A DNA stretch of 64,000 nucleotides. Origin: an uncultured Bacteroidia bacterium. Its GTDB lineage: Bacteria; Bacteroidota; Bacteroidia; Bacteroidales; UBA932. Numbering within the stretch: position 1 is the first letter of the stretch; each line of letters starts with the position of its first letter. A program made the translations under genes and the position numbers. The stretch spans positions 4,478 through 68,477 of the forward strand of contig CADBSV010000055.1 in the NCBI GenBank assembly GCA_902797435.1, read 5' to 3'. Positions 49,301 to 57,740 of this stretch are shown one piece after another. The notes beneath the pieces are model-generated. The model searched no databases. It saw only the letters and a list, made by a program, of their open reading frames with translations, and was not told the DNA's origin.

Positions 49301-50570
49301 GCGCTCCCTGGGGATTCTCGCCGAAAGCGGCATCGAATGCCGGGGCTGAGCTGCGCTTTTCGTCTGAATAGCCGAAACTGCGGGTGGCCACATCGCCGCC
49401 CCAGGGCAGTTCGGAGAAGTCTTCCTGAAGGATCACCTCCCCTTCGGAAGCGGGGGACTCCGGCATGGTCTTGAAGGCTGCGGGACCGGTGTGTACCTTG
49501 AGCACTGCCGAAGCCTTGGAGGGATTGCCGGTGTACCATACCTTTACGTAATAGTCCGTCTCGGGCTCCAGGGAAGTAAAGATGAAGCGCGGAGAGAAGG
49601 GGCCTTCGTAGGTGGTTATGGTGCTGCCTCCATATACATTCCAGAGCGCTGCGGGGAAATCCCAGCTGACGCGCAGGTCCGTACAGGCAGGGTCGCCAAA
49701 GATGCCGGCGCTCCACAGCTGGCTGATATCGGCATACACGTCGTTGAATCCCGATATGCTCCAGGTGACGGCTGCGGAGGTGGCGCTGGTTCCGATGAGT
49801 TCCAGGGCTGGCCCTTCGGCGGAACCTCCCTGGATGTCGAGGTCTTCGTCTATCGTTCCGAGGTCGATCGTAAGCCCCGGCTCATCGTTGCTTGCATACT
49901 TGTCGGTAGAAAAGCGGGCGCTGCCGGCGGCTGTGGTGACATCCACGGTGAAGCCGTTATACCCCTGGGGAAACACCTGTACGCAGTAAGTCCCCGGGGT
50001 GATTTTTTCACTGATGAGAACAGCCTCGGTCCCTTCCTGTATATCCATGACTCCGGTTTTGCTTACCTTTATTGTCCCTGCCATCTTCTTTCCGCCGCTG
50101 CGCAGCACAAGCGACTCTATGTCGTCCCGAGTCACGGTAAACCGGATAATATCGGTCACCGGATTCAGATGCAGTTCCTTTCCTTTCGGAACACCAGTTC
50201 CGAACACTCCGGTAATAATTCCGTTTTCTGGAATCACCTCGGAGGGAACGGTCATGGTAACGCTGTTCCCGTCAAGCTCATAATCTTCGCTGTAGGGATA
50301 AACGGCAAAATAGCTCTCCTGGGAAGAGAGTTTGGGAGCCTTTCCCGAGAAGACTGCGCTTTCGCCGGAAGCTTCGGCGGTGAGATAACCCTTGTACTGT
50401 CCGTTCAAAAGGCTTATGCGGTCGCCGCGTGAGAATCCGGCACCCTTCATTCCCGAGGAGACGGTATAGCTCAGTTCTTCGGGAGCGCCGGCTGCTATTT
50501 CGCCAGTGTCCTTTTTGCAACCTGCGATCAGGATGACTGCTGCCAGACAGAAAAGTACTTTTGCTTTCAT
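46353..50570 (-). CDS. Large surface lipoprotein: fimbrillin-like N-terminus, FN3-like module, unnamed EDFSELxWGG domain, GLUG-like beta-helical repeats
   Basis: Lipobox LIAGC, YFAVYPYS, FTSLEPETDYYVKVW, EDFSELPWGG...IDDIKV, many NxGxV...GG(I/V)xG repeats. Confidence 0.8.
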   Translation of the reverse strand: MKAKVLFCLAAVILIAGCKKDTGEIAAGAPEELSYTVSSGMKGAGFSRGDRISLLNGQYKGYLTAEASGESAVFSGKAPKLSSQESYFAVYPYSEDYELDGNSVTMTVPSEVIPENGIITGVFGTGVPKGKELHLNPVTDIIRFTVTRDDIESLVLRSGGKKMAGTIKVSKTGVMDIQEGTEAVLISEKITPGTYCVQVFPQGYNGFTVDVTTAAGSARFSTDKYASNDEPGLTIDLGTIDEDLDIQGGSAEGPALELIGTSATSAAVTWSISGFNDVYADISQLWSAGIFGDPACTDLRVSWDFPAALWNVYGGSTITTYEGPFSPRFIFTSLEPETDYYVKVWYTGNPSKASAVLKVHTGPAAFKTMPESPASEGEVILQEDFSELPWGGDVATRSFGYSDEKRSSAPAFDAAFGENPQGAQTIGGFEHKWYLVSPGVEIGLFNTLRSAVASSRLKDWTSIAEDNSDGKVLCRPGYIKLGSGNMTGGIVTPALSCLSERALVRLSFKAHPFRESVNDPLTASAMVINSAESGVSVLKDYTVSQKENFTIGENHEWKEFSYEFLVQPGERLAVSTRREGAAGSQRRMLIDDIKVELVEYRPQTKIMQIRNAQDLIAFLEAADTYEAEEIVTVENDIDLTDVTLTAAPLFAGTLDGKGHSLRNWKSLGESLMQKISGTIKDLTIDSSCELRFAETPAGPFGFVAQEVLSGGVLDGIVNNASITQTVSITGSESAVLSPIAGRSYGLVQNCTNNGSVAVTATAASQNVYMGGIVGYINSGDRLGLKANVNNGNLTYRVEALGKYIYLGGISAGTSTTTIANATASKGTMEDCVNTGNISYISTNGGSLAENEGAAGSGNYIKVGGVVGYFEGNVTGCTNGVAGDPSKGQVSVTIPTKEDGACATGTSIGGVAAFVLRNTSGCHNYGKVSISGTFAGGGTGNQGCGVTGEFAAGGIVGQTGPSAEASSYSLSDCHNHGTVDFKGWMAYTNETAFNFGGVAGYSAVPVSDCSNDGTVRVESKGAYVRAGGVIGFAARTAAGITNSGKFDCLLIRSSTSKDNPENYKQLATQLIVGGAIGRAGGAASDCVNSGAVTLTTNAKDNLAAKLQMGGAVGYAVSTFSGSNSGKVTVVSHDGKQVVLGGVIGEGAAQGLSTACSNTGNISAALGTVGQSWVGGVFGSIAKPGSGNVTHNGVENHGSITLSIENSSNTGFYYLGGVSGTSAASHVFTNCKNYGDITYTGHAKMRIGGINAYMNQTATGSVVECDITANCTGRDYSEVGGVSAYTAATNLLNWSFKGSINTSGSTSKVYTGGLLGKSNGNAAFNGCSFDGTLTGAAGGNVPGLYVGGLQANGLTHTFGSTAKCVVAAGSKVNGAAVASLTTDNLVSQSSDGGTFASTGTLTNIVIE

Positions 50571-50571
50571 A

Positions 50572-51369
50572 TTATCGGTAAGTTATTTTTCTTGTGATTG
50601 TTCTTCCTGAAACTCCCGGACCGGGGAAGTATTCCTCCCTTCTTGTCCAGTTGCCGTAAGAGTCTTTTTCGTAATGGTATTCCATGCTTCCGTAAAAGCG
50701 GATTTCGCTGTTCGTGGAAACTTCGCTGTCGGATTCCACCACTCCTCCGCGGCTCGATGCCGGAAGCCCGTCCTCTCCGTATTCTATTTCTATGTGGACG
50801 TCTTCCCCTTCGATTCCGCTCAGACGGAATCCGTCAAGGTAGCGGTAGGTCAGCTCTCCGCACGGGTTTCCGTTCGTGTCGTAAACCGTTTCCATCTTTC
50901 CTCCCGGGAACCAGTTGTATTCCGTAGTGCTTACCAGTGCGCCTTCGTTGTAATAGCGGCAGCGCTGCTGGCGTCCGCGTACGATGTCGAACTTCCAGTC
51001 GAAGATGGCCTGAAGGTCCCAGCCGAAAAGGGTATAGCTTTCCACTACGTCACCCTTGTAATTGTAGAGGTAATATCCTTCGTAGTGGCGGTCCGGCCTG
51101 TAGATGGCGTGTTCCTTGAGGCGGCCCTTCGAATCGTAGATATAAACGTTCGAAAGGGTTTCCGTGGGGTTCACCTGCACCAGCGAATCCAGCATGCCAC
51201 GCCTGTCGAACCAGGCGGTATAGCCATAGCCTTCGCCCAGGTCAACTTCTGCACGGAGAACCTTCCCCGTCATCTGATATCTTTCAAGATCGGTGACGGA
51301 AGGTTTCACCGCGCACGAACACAGCAGTGCAGCCGCCGGCAGCATGAGAAATGTCAGTTTTCGAGCCAC
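50572..51369 (-). CDS. Hypothetical lipoprotein with YD/RHS-like beta-hairpin repeats
   Basis: Lipobox LCSC, YIYDSKGRL, YDTNGN, YEKDSYGNWTRR, RKITY. Confidence 0.65.
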   Translation of the reverse strand: MARKLTFLMLPAAALLCSCAVKPSVTDLERYQMTGKVLRAEVDLGEGYGYTAWFDRRGMLDSLVQVNPTETLSNVYIYDSKGRLKEHAIYRPDRHYEGYYLYNYKGDVVESYTLFGWDLQAIFDWKFDIVRGRQQRCRYYNEGALVSTTEYNWFPGGKMETVYDTNGNPCGELTYRYLDGFRLSGIEGEDVHIEIEYGEDGLPASSRGGVVESDSEVSTNSEIRFYGSMEYHYEKDSYGNWTRREEYFPGPGVSGRTITRKITYR

Positions 51370-54125
51370 GATCCGAGTTCAGTGTAAATCTTGTCGGCTA
51401 TGAATTCCATCGCCTTGGCGTTGGGATGGCAGCCGCCGGAGCCGTTATAGTCGTGTTTGGGCATATACACCTGGTCGTTGAAGCCGTTAACCTGCAGCAG
51501 GTCAACCGCTTTTGCACCGTAGTGCTGCGCAATCCTGAGTATTGTCTGTTCTATGCCTTCGGAGAGGTAGTCGCCTATTATGCACACGATTTTCACCTCC
51601 GGGTACTGCTCCTGGAGCATCTTTACCAGTTTCACGTAAGCAGAGAGGAAGTCGGTGTCCGGAAGCCCTGCAGCCTCTTCATAGCCGGTAACCGCATCCG
51701 CCGTGGCGAACACGGTCTCGAAAACGCTTTCGGATGGGGCAGCAGCGTTTTTGCAGAGTTCTCCTTCGGGATAGAGCGGGCAGTCGTTGTGGGCCCAGTC
51801 GTTGGTTCCGCCGTGAATCAGTACGATATCCGGGGTTCCTACGCCTCCCTGGCGTATGTAGCGCTGAATATATGAGTTCTCGTACCAGTGGTTGCCGCTC
51901 TTGGAACTGTCGGTGCTGCGAGTGACGGCCGAACCCGAGTAAGACATGTTGAGGTCCAGCATGGCATCCTTGAGCTTGTCGTAGATAAGGCGGTACCAAT
52001 AGGTCTGGCTCACCTGAGTAACGGCCCCGTCAGCATTGGGATAGTGGTAGTTGTACCCTGCCGGGATGTAACCTGCAAAGGTGGAGATGGAGTCTCCGAT
52101 GATGCTCACCTTCTTTGCCGACGATGACCTTGGAGACGGGTCTTCGGGAAGCCCTTCCGGAAGCGGGAATCCCGGCCCGCTCCATCCGGCTCCGAGTGCC
52201 GAGAGCAGGGTTCCGTTCGCAAATTCTGCAGGCGCAATGCCGGGGCAGCCTTCGGCAAGGTCTTCGTTTCCGGAATAGGGGGCGAATCCGGCGTCCCTGT
52301 AGCAGTTTTCCAGCACGAGGGCAGTTCCGCCTCCGCCGTAAACGGAACCGTAGTGTATGAATTCCGGAACGCCGGCCATAGCCTTGTAGCGGACCAGTAT
52401 GCCGGATTTATCGAGGTTGGACCAGCAGTTTCTTACGGTAGTGACGCCACTCTGATCCTTGTAGCCGATGAGTCCGGCTACGCCACCTATGCAGGTTGCG
52501 CCGTCGCTGCCTTTCTGGGCATTCTGTATCGAAGCCTTCATGTGAATGCCTGCTGCGGCGCAGTCGGAGATGCTGACGGCGTCCCTTGAGCGCACCCAGC
52601 CGCAGATACCTCCGATGAGGTTATACCTGCTTGCGTTGGTTCCGGTGGAATAGAGGGTGCCGCCTACGGCTGCGCAGCCCTCGACTTCAACTCTGCTGCC
52701 TTCCTTGGTGTCGATGGTTCCGGCTATGCCTCCGATGTTGTACTGGCCCTGGACGTCGGCGTAGGAAACGTTTCCGGAGATGCGGGCGCTGTGCCCCTCT
52801 TCGGGCATCACCCCGCCGACAATGCCGCCCACGTTGTACTGGCGGCCGCTCACAATGGCGCTGGACGAAGTCACGCACCCTTCTATGGTGCCGTTCTGGA
52901 GGTACCCTGCTATTCCGCCAACCCAGTATCCGAGAGCGCTGACGGCAGAAAGCGAGGTGCATCCCTTTATGGTGGAGCCTCCGGTCACTGCTCCCGCTAT
53001 TCCGCCTGCGCAGTGGTAGCTGGTGTAGCTTTCGGAGCCCTTGGCGGCGGTGCAGTCTTCAATTACGGATTCTCCGGTAAGATATCCTGCGATGCCTCCG
53101 GTGTTCTTTCCCATTGCTGAGAGCTGCCCGGAGAAGGTACATCCCTTGAAAGTGCAGCCGCTGGCGTATCCGGCAAAGCCGCCAACGAAGCCGTGGTTGG
53201 CCGCGTCCGTGGAGACCTTCTCCCAGGCGTCCCAGGTGAAGCGGGCGGTGGACTTCATATAGCCGCTCACGCTGCAGTTTTCTATTGTAGAATCGAAAGC
53301 TTTGCCGGCAATGGCACCGAGGAACATTTGGTCGGAGATGAAGCTGATGCCCTCAAGCGTCAGATTCTTCACAGTGGCTCCGTTCAGTACTGAGAAAAGG
53401 CCTGCAGGGGCGCCGACGGTGCTGTTCTTGAAGCTGAGTCCAGAGATGTTGTGTCCTGCGCCGTCGTAGATACCCTTGAATTCCGGCAGCGGGGAGAAGC
53501 GGAAATCATAAGGCAGCTCTATGTCTTCGGTCTGTCTGTAGCAGGCCTCGGACCTTTCCCCGGCCTTTTCCACCATGTTCCTTACATCCATCCAGCTGGC
53601 GATGATGAACGGGTCTTCGGGGGTTCCGCTGCCTTGCTGGACATAGGGCTGGGGGCCCACGACTTCCGTAACCGTCCTGAAGACGAGGATGCCGTCCTGC
53701 GATTCACCCATCAGCGGCAGGTCCTTGATGTAGTGTCCTTCAAGGTCCATCGAAGCGGGAGCGTCCAGGACCAGGTGGCCGGGTGTGCTGGCCGCCGTTG
53801 CCCTGGCTGCGGGGAAGGCTGCCTTATAGCTTTCGGCAGGCTTTACGCCTTCGCCTTCCGCAACGAAGATGCTTCGTCCGGAATTCCATGCATAGACGGC
53901 AAGTTCGCTGCCGTTGTCGAGAAGAATGCGGTCTCCAGCCTCAAAGCGGATTTTGCCGCTGTCCGGGTCGGCAACTGATTTAACCGCGAAATTCTCAATT
54001 CTCGCTCCTATCTCTGTAAGGTTCAGGGACTCTGAGCCGCCTACGCTCTCCTGACCCTTTTCCTGGCCGCAGGCAGCGAGCGTCATCGCCGCGGCGGCAA
54101 GCAGTATAAAACGGAATCTTTTCAT
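51354..54125 (-). CDS. Lipoprotein with GLUG-like repeats and C-terminal SGNH/GDSL hydrolase
   Basis: Lipobox LAAC, GSGTPEDPFII, GGIAG repeats, IIGDSIS (block I), GGTND (block III), GCHPN (block V). Confidence 0.85.
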   Translation of the reverse strand: MKRFRFILLAAAAMTLAACGQEKGQESVGGSESLNLTEIGARIENFAVKSVADPDSGKIRFEAGDRILLDNGSELAVYAWNSGRSIFVAEGEGVKPAESYKAAFPAARATAASTPGHLVLDAPASMDLEGHYIKDLPLMGESQDGILVFRTVTEVVGPQPYVQQGSGTPEDPFIIASWMDVRNMVEKAGERSEACYRQTEDIELPYDFRFSPLPEFKGIYDGAGHNISGLSFKNSTVGAPAGLFSVLNGATVKNLTLEGISFISDQMFLGAIAGKAFDSTIENCSVSGYMKSTARFTWDAWEKVSTDAANHGFVGGFAGYASGCTFKGCTFSGQLSAMGKNTGGIAGYLTGESVIEDCTAAKGSESYTSYHCAGGIAGAVTGGSTIKGCTSLSAVSALGYWVGGIAGYLQNGTIEGCVTSSSAIVSGRQYNVGGIVGGVMPEEGHSARISGNVSYADVQGQYNIGGIAGTIDTKEGSRVEVEGCAAVGGTLYSTGTNASRYNLIGGICGWVRSRDAVSISDCAAAGIHMKASIQNAQKGSDGATCIGGVAGLIGYKDQSGVTTVRNCWSNLDKSGILVRYKAMAGVPEFIHYGSVYGGGGTALVLENCYRDAGFAPYSGNEDLAEGCPGIAPAEFANGTLLSALGAGWSGPGFPLPEGLPEDPSPRSSSAKKVSIIGDSISTFAGYIPAGYNYHYPNADGAVTQVSQTYWYRLIYDKLKDAMLDLNMSYSGSAVTRSTDSSKSGNHWYENSYIQRYIRQGGVGTPDIVLIHGGTNDWAHNDCPLYPEGELCKNAAAPSESVFETVFATADAVTGYEEAAGLPDTDFLSAYVKLVKMLQEQYPEVKIVCIIGDYLSEGIEQTILRIAQHYGAKAVDLLQVNGFNDQVYMPKHDYNGSGGCHPNAKAMEFIADKIYTELGSWLEN

Positions 54126-54131
54126 GATATA

Positions 54132-55907
54132 CTAATGTGCAAATCCGGTATAATCTGTCTGTAGTTTGTCCTTGCAGGTATAAACGTTCACCACGCCGCT
54201 GCCCGGTATGGTCTGGGTGGCGGTGATGGTCCAACCGTGAGCCTGGGAGGGCTCAACCCCGGGGATGCCGGCGTACCAGTAGGTGTTCATGTCCTTCGAC
54301 CATGTAACCGTACTCTTATTGAGCTGCGTGCGGTAGAAGGCCGAAACGCACATGTCGGCGATGGATTTCCTCACCCTCTGCATAGGATACACCTTGCCTT
54401 GGTATTCGATGCTGACCTTCCAGTTGGAGTCGTCGTCTCCCCAGATGGCAGCGATGAAGCAGTCCTTGAGGGCCGCCTGCCCCGGACGGTAGGTGGACGC
54501 ACGGGTTGCGTCGGAGTTCTGGTTCATGTATCCGCCTCCCGTCCAGGAGAAACGGTAGTCCTTGTCCCCTTGTATTTCTCCATAGGTCTGGTTGCCGTCA
54601 TACACCCTCATCTGGGCGTCGTTGTCGTCGAGATTGGTGCCCCTTGCCACCCAGTTGTGCATTCCCGCGCCGCGGATATCGTAGTAGGTGTATCCGTTCG
54701 GTGAACCGGCGGCGGAGAGGTTGCCCGACCACCAGGCTCCGCATGCCGCGCAGTGGACATGCTCGTAGATGGGTGTTCCCCCGGCGGTGGTGTAGTTGTG
54801 GTGGATGTAATTGTGGGTGTAATGGGTATGCCCTATCATTATGTGCGCCTCATTGAACTGCGTGAGGATATTTAGGACATCGTAGTAGTGGCGGTCATAA
54901 CTCACGCAGGCCCCGTCTGCCTCGACTCCGTAGCGGAAGGGGATATGGGCGGCGAAGATGATCATCTTGTCTTCCTTGTTCTCCACAAGAGACAAATCCT
55001 CCTGCAGCCATCTCCACTGCGAATCGGTGAGCCCGCCGTCGTAGCGCCATGTGGTTTTGCGGTTCTCCTTCACTATCACGTTGTCCATTACCACCACGTG
55101 CACCTTGCCCCTGTCGAACGAGTAGTCGGTGGGACCGAACTGCTCGATATACGACTGGGCCGCTTCGTAAGGGGTAAGATAATTGGCGTCGTGATCGTGG
55201 TTTCCGATGCACTGGAAGAACGGCAGGTAACGGTCTCCTACCTTCACGTTGGCCATGCTTTCCTTCATCATGGGCCATATCCACGGACTGTCCTCTATGA
55301 TGTCCCCGAGCGTGAGGGCATACGCATTGGGATACTCTCCCTTCTTCTGGTGCGCTCCAAGCGAAGATATGATGTCGGGGATAGTCTCGGTGACGTAGCG
55401 GTCATGCTCCTCTACGGTGTTGCACTGCGGGTCTCCCACCGCGATGAGAGTCCAATTCTCCTCGACGGCCTCAAGTTTACGAAGGGCGAAGTCGTTGCGG
55501 TTCATCTCCTTCCGGACAAACTTCCCGGTAGAATAGAACAGGGGGATGTTGGTCTTGGGATCCAGCGGAATCTCGTATTCGGCGGGTACAGTAATATAGA
55601 TGTTGCGGGTATAGCGGTTGGCGGAGAACTGGTACACCCCGTGCTCGTCGGTGGTGGTGAATGAGTATCCGTCAGTCACATGCACACCAGCAATACCCTT
55701 TCCGCTGTCCTTGTCATAGACAAGTCCTACCGCATTGTTTTTCGGATTGATGGCAGTGCCTTCTATCTCGTCATAGACGATATTCTCCCTTTCTTCCTCT
55801 TCGGTTCCGGACTCATCCTTCTCGAAATAATAGGAAGGGATTTCCGGCTTGTCGCAGGAAGCAATGGTAAGTACCGCCATGGAGAGGCAAAGGATAATCT
55901 TTTTCAT
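54132..55907 (-). CDS. Calcineurin-like metallophosphoesterase lipoprotein
   Basis: Lipobox IASC, GVHVTDG..TTTD..GVY N-domain, GDPQ, LGDI, GNHD, AHIP, GHTH, CGAWW. Confidence 0.9.
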   Translation of the reverse strand: MKKIILCLSMAVLTIASCDKPEIPSYYFEKDESGTEEEERENIVYDEIEGTAINPKNNAVGLVYDKDSGKGIAGVHVTDGYSFTTTDEHGVYQFSANRYTRNIYITVPAEYEIPLDPKTNIPLFYSTGKFVRKEMNRNDFALRKLEAVEENWTLIAVGDPQCNTVEEHDRYVTETIPDIISSLGAHQKKGEYPNAYALTLGDIIEDSPWIWPMMKESMANVKVGDRYLPFFQCIGNHDHDANYLTPYEAAQSYIEQFGPTDYSFDRGKVHVVVMDNVIVKENRKTTWRYDGGLTDSQWRWLQEDLSLVENKEDKMIIFAAHIPFRYGVEADGACVSYDRHYYDVLNILTQFNEAHIMIGHTHYTHNYIHHNYTTAGGTPIYEHVHCAACGAWWSGNLSAAGSPNGYTYYDIRGAGMHNWVARGTNLDDNDAQMRVYDGNQTYGEIQGDKDYRFSWTGGGYMNQNSDATRASTYRPGQAALKDCFIAAIWGDDDSNWKVSIEYQGKVYPMQRVRKSIADMCVSAFYRTQLNKSTVTWSKDMNTYWYAGIPGVEPSQAHGWTITATQTIPGSGVVNVYTCKDKLQTDYTGFAH

Positions 55908-55920
55908 CGTTCAGTTTGTA

Positions 55921-57735
55921 TTACCATCCCTGGTTCTGCCCAAGGTTCTTATTAACGTTCAATGCACTGGTCGGAATGGGGGACAGATACATCTTGTCAT
56001 CCCATTCAAGCTTGTAGTTGTAGATGAGGTACCCGTAGGTGCCTTCGGAAAGGGAGAAGGTCTGGTCGGAACCGGTGCCCGCCACGGGGTAGTTGTACTC
56101 GTCGTGCTTGCCGTTCCGCTTTATGAAATAGGTCGCCCCGTTGAAGTGGATGCCGTAGGCGGCTTCCTCCTGGGTAATGTAGATGCCTCTCCATCCCTGA
56201 TGGTTCCAGCGCCTCTCGATAAGGTCGCCGTAGTTCCACCGCATGAGGTCGTCGTAGCGCGATTCGCTCTCCATGGCCAGCTCCACCGCCCTTTCCCTCA
56301 TTATTTCGAGCAGGGTGTTCGACAAGGCCCTGGAATGCTTCACGTCTTCCGTATAGTAGTCGCGAAGCCATGTGTCTGCGGAGTAGGCGGCGCTTCCGGG
56401 GTAGATGCTCTCTACTCCGGCCCTCGCACGAAGAGCTCCTATGGTTTCGTTCCACACAGTCTCGTTCATTTCGGAGAGCAGTTCTGCCGCCTCCGCCTTT
56501 ATAAGGAGAATCTCGGCGAACCTGAAGAGGGGCAGGGCATTATAGCAGAGAGCGCCGGCCCTGTAGTTCTCGGCCTTCTCCTGGTTCCATTTAATCCAGG
56601 CATAGCCGGTGAACACCTCGTTGAACTTGGTGGGCTTGTCTTCCAGGGTACCCGTCAGGGTCTGATACTTGTGTCCGGGGGAGTTGACGGTCTGCCACAT
56701 CCTCCAGTCGCGGCCTATGAATTCCTGCGTGATGGAAACGTTGTCCGCGCTGATGTGCGAGCCGTCGGTGTTGAGGTACATCCTCAGGAACTCCTTGGTG
56801 GGGGAATACTGCTGGCCCCAGGTGGGGGAGTTGTACTGGCCGGTGATGTCGTGCGACACCGCCAGGTCTTCGCTGAACTCTCGTCCCCATATAACCTCCT
56901 TTTCGTTGACCTTATTCTGGTTGAACAGTTCCGAATAGGCATTCTGCGGATCTCCCGTATGCAGGGAGAACACTCCGCTTTCGATAATTTCATCCGCGGC
57001 GTCCAGAGCCCTTTGAATGAGTTCGTCGGAGGTCTCGTAATTATTGTTCCAGATGGCTCCGGTGGAAGGATTGAAATCGTGATACTTGCGGAAAGTTCCT
57101 TCCCAAAGGCATGCCCTTGCGATGTAGGCGAGAGCTACATAACGGTTTACGTTGGTGCGGGACAGCTCGAGGGCGTCGTTGCAGTTTTCCGCTGCGAACT
57201 CCAGGTCTTCCAGTATCTTGTGGAAAACATATTCGCGGTCGTCCCTTCCAGCCTTCAGAAGCGGGTCGTCGGGCTGCAGGTAGCGGTCTATCCAGGGGAT
57301 GTTTCCGAAGGTCTTGAGTTTGCGCATATGCGCGTCCGCCCTCCAGAAGCGTGCAACTCCCATATAGTGGTTATAGACCTCCTCGCTCACGTTGGAGCGC
57401 GACTTGCCCATGTTCTGTATCATGTAGTTGCACTGGCGGATGAAGCTGAAGTTGCCTTTGTCCCAGCCGCCTCCCTTGTCGGCGCTCCAGATGCCCGGAT
57501 GATACATGTCCGAAGACAGCTTGGTGGCGCAGAAGTCGGTATATGCATTTTCCCCTATCGCCACGGAACTGCCGAGCATGTAGGTGTTGGAAAGCCCGTT
57601 GGCATACAGGCGAAGGTCGTTTTCGGTGGAGAGGAAAACCTCGGCGGATATCCTGTTGTCCGGCTCCCTCGAGAGGAATCCTTCGCAAGAAACGCTCATC
57701 ATGAGAGCGGACAGAATGTATAATGTTCTTTTCAT
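55921..57735 (-). CDS. susD: RagB/SusD-family nutrient-binding lipoprotein
   Basis: Lipobox SVSC..FL...P, ARFWRA, FGNIPW, PLFRFAEILLIKAEA, RERAVEL..E..RYDDL.RW, PIP..N..L.QN.GW. Confidence 0.93.
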   Translation of the reverse strand: MKRTLYILSALMMSVSCEGFLSREPDNRISAEVFLSTENDLRLYANGLSNTYMLGSSVAIGENAYTDFCATKLSSDMYHPGIWSADKGGGWDKGNFSFIRQCNYMIQNMGKSRSNVSEEVYNHYMGVARFWRADAHMRKLKTFGNIPWIDRYLQPDDPLLKAGRDDREYVFHKILEDLEFAAENCNDALELSRTNVNRYVALAYIARACLWEGTFRKYHDFNPSTGAIWNNNYETSDELIQRALDAADEIIESGVFSLHTGDPQNAYSELFNQNKVNEKEVIWGREFSEDLAVSHDITGQYNSPTWGQQYSPTKEFLRMYLNTDGSHISADNVSITQEFIGRDWRMWQTVNSPGHKYQTLTGTLEDKPTKFNEVFTGYAWIKWNQEKAENYRAGALCYNALPLFRFAEILLIKAEAAELLSEMNETVWNETIGALRARAGVESIYPGSAAYSADTWLRDYYTEDVKHSRALSNTLLEIMRERAVELAMESESRYDDLMRWNYGDLIERRWNHQGWRGIYITQEEAAYGIHFNGATYFIKRNGKHDEYNYPVAGTGSDQTFSLSEGTYGYLIYNYKLEWDDKMYLSPIPTSALNVNKNLGQNQGW

Positions 57736-57740
57736 AACTC

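Noticed and set aside
50572-51369. RHS toxin or secretion-system effector
   Set aside because: Only 265 aa with a lipobox; no RHS core (DPxG) motif, toxin tip or immunity gene.
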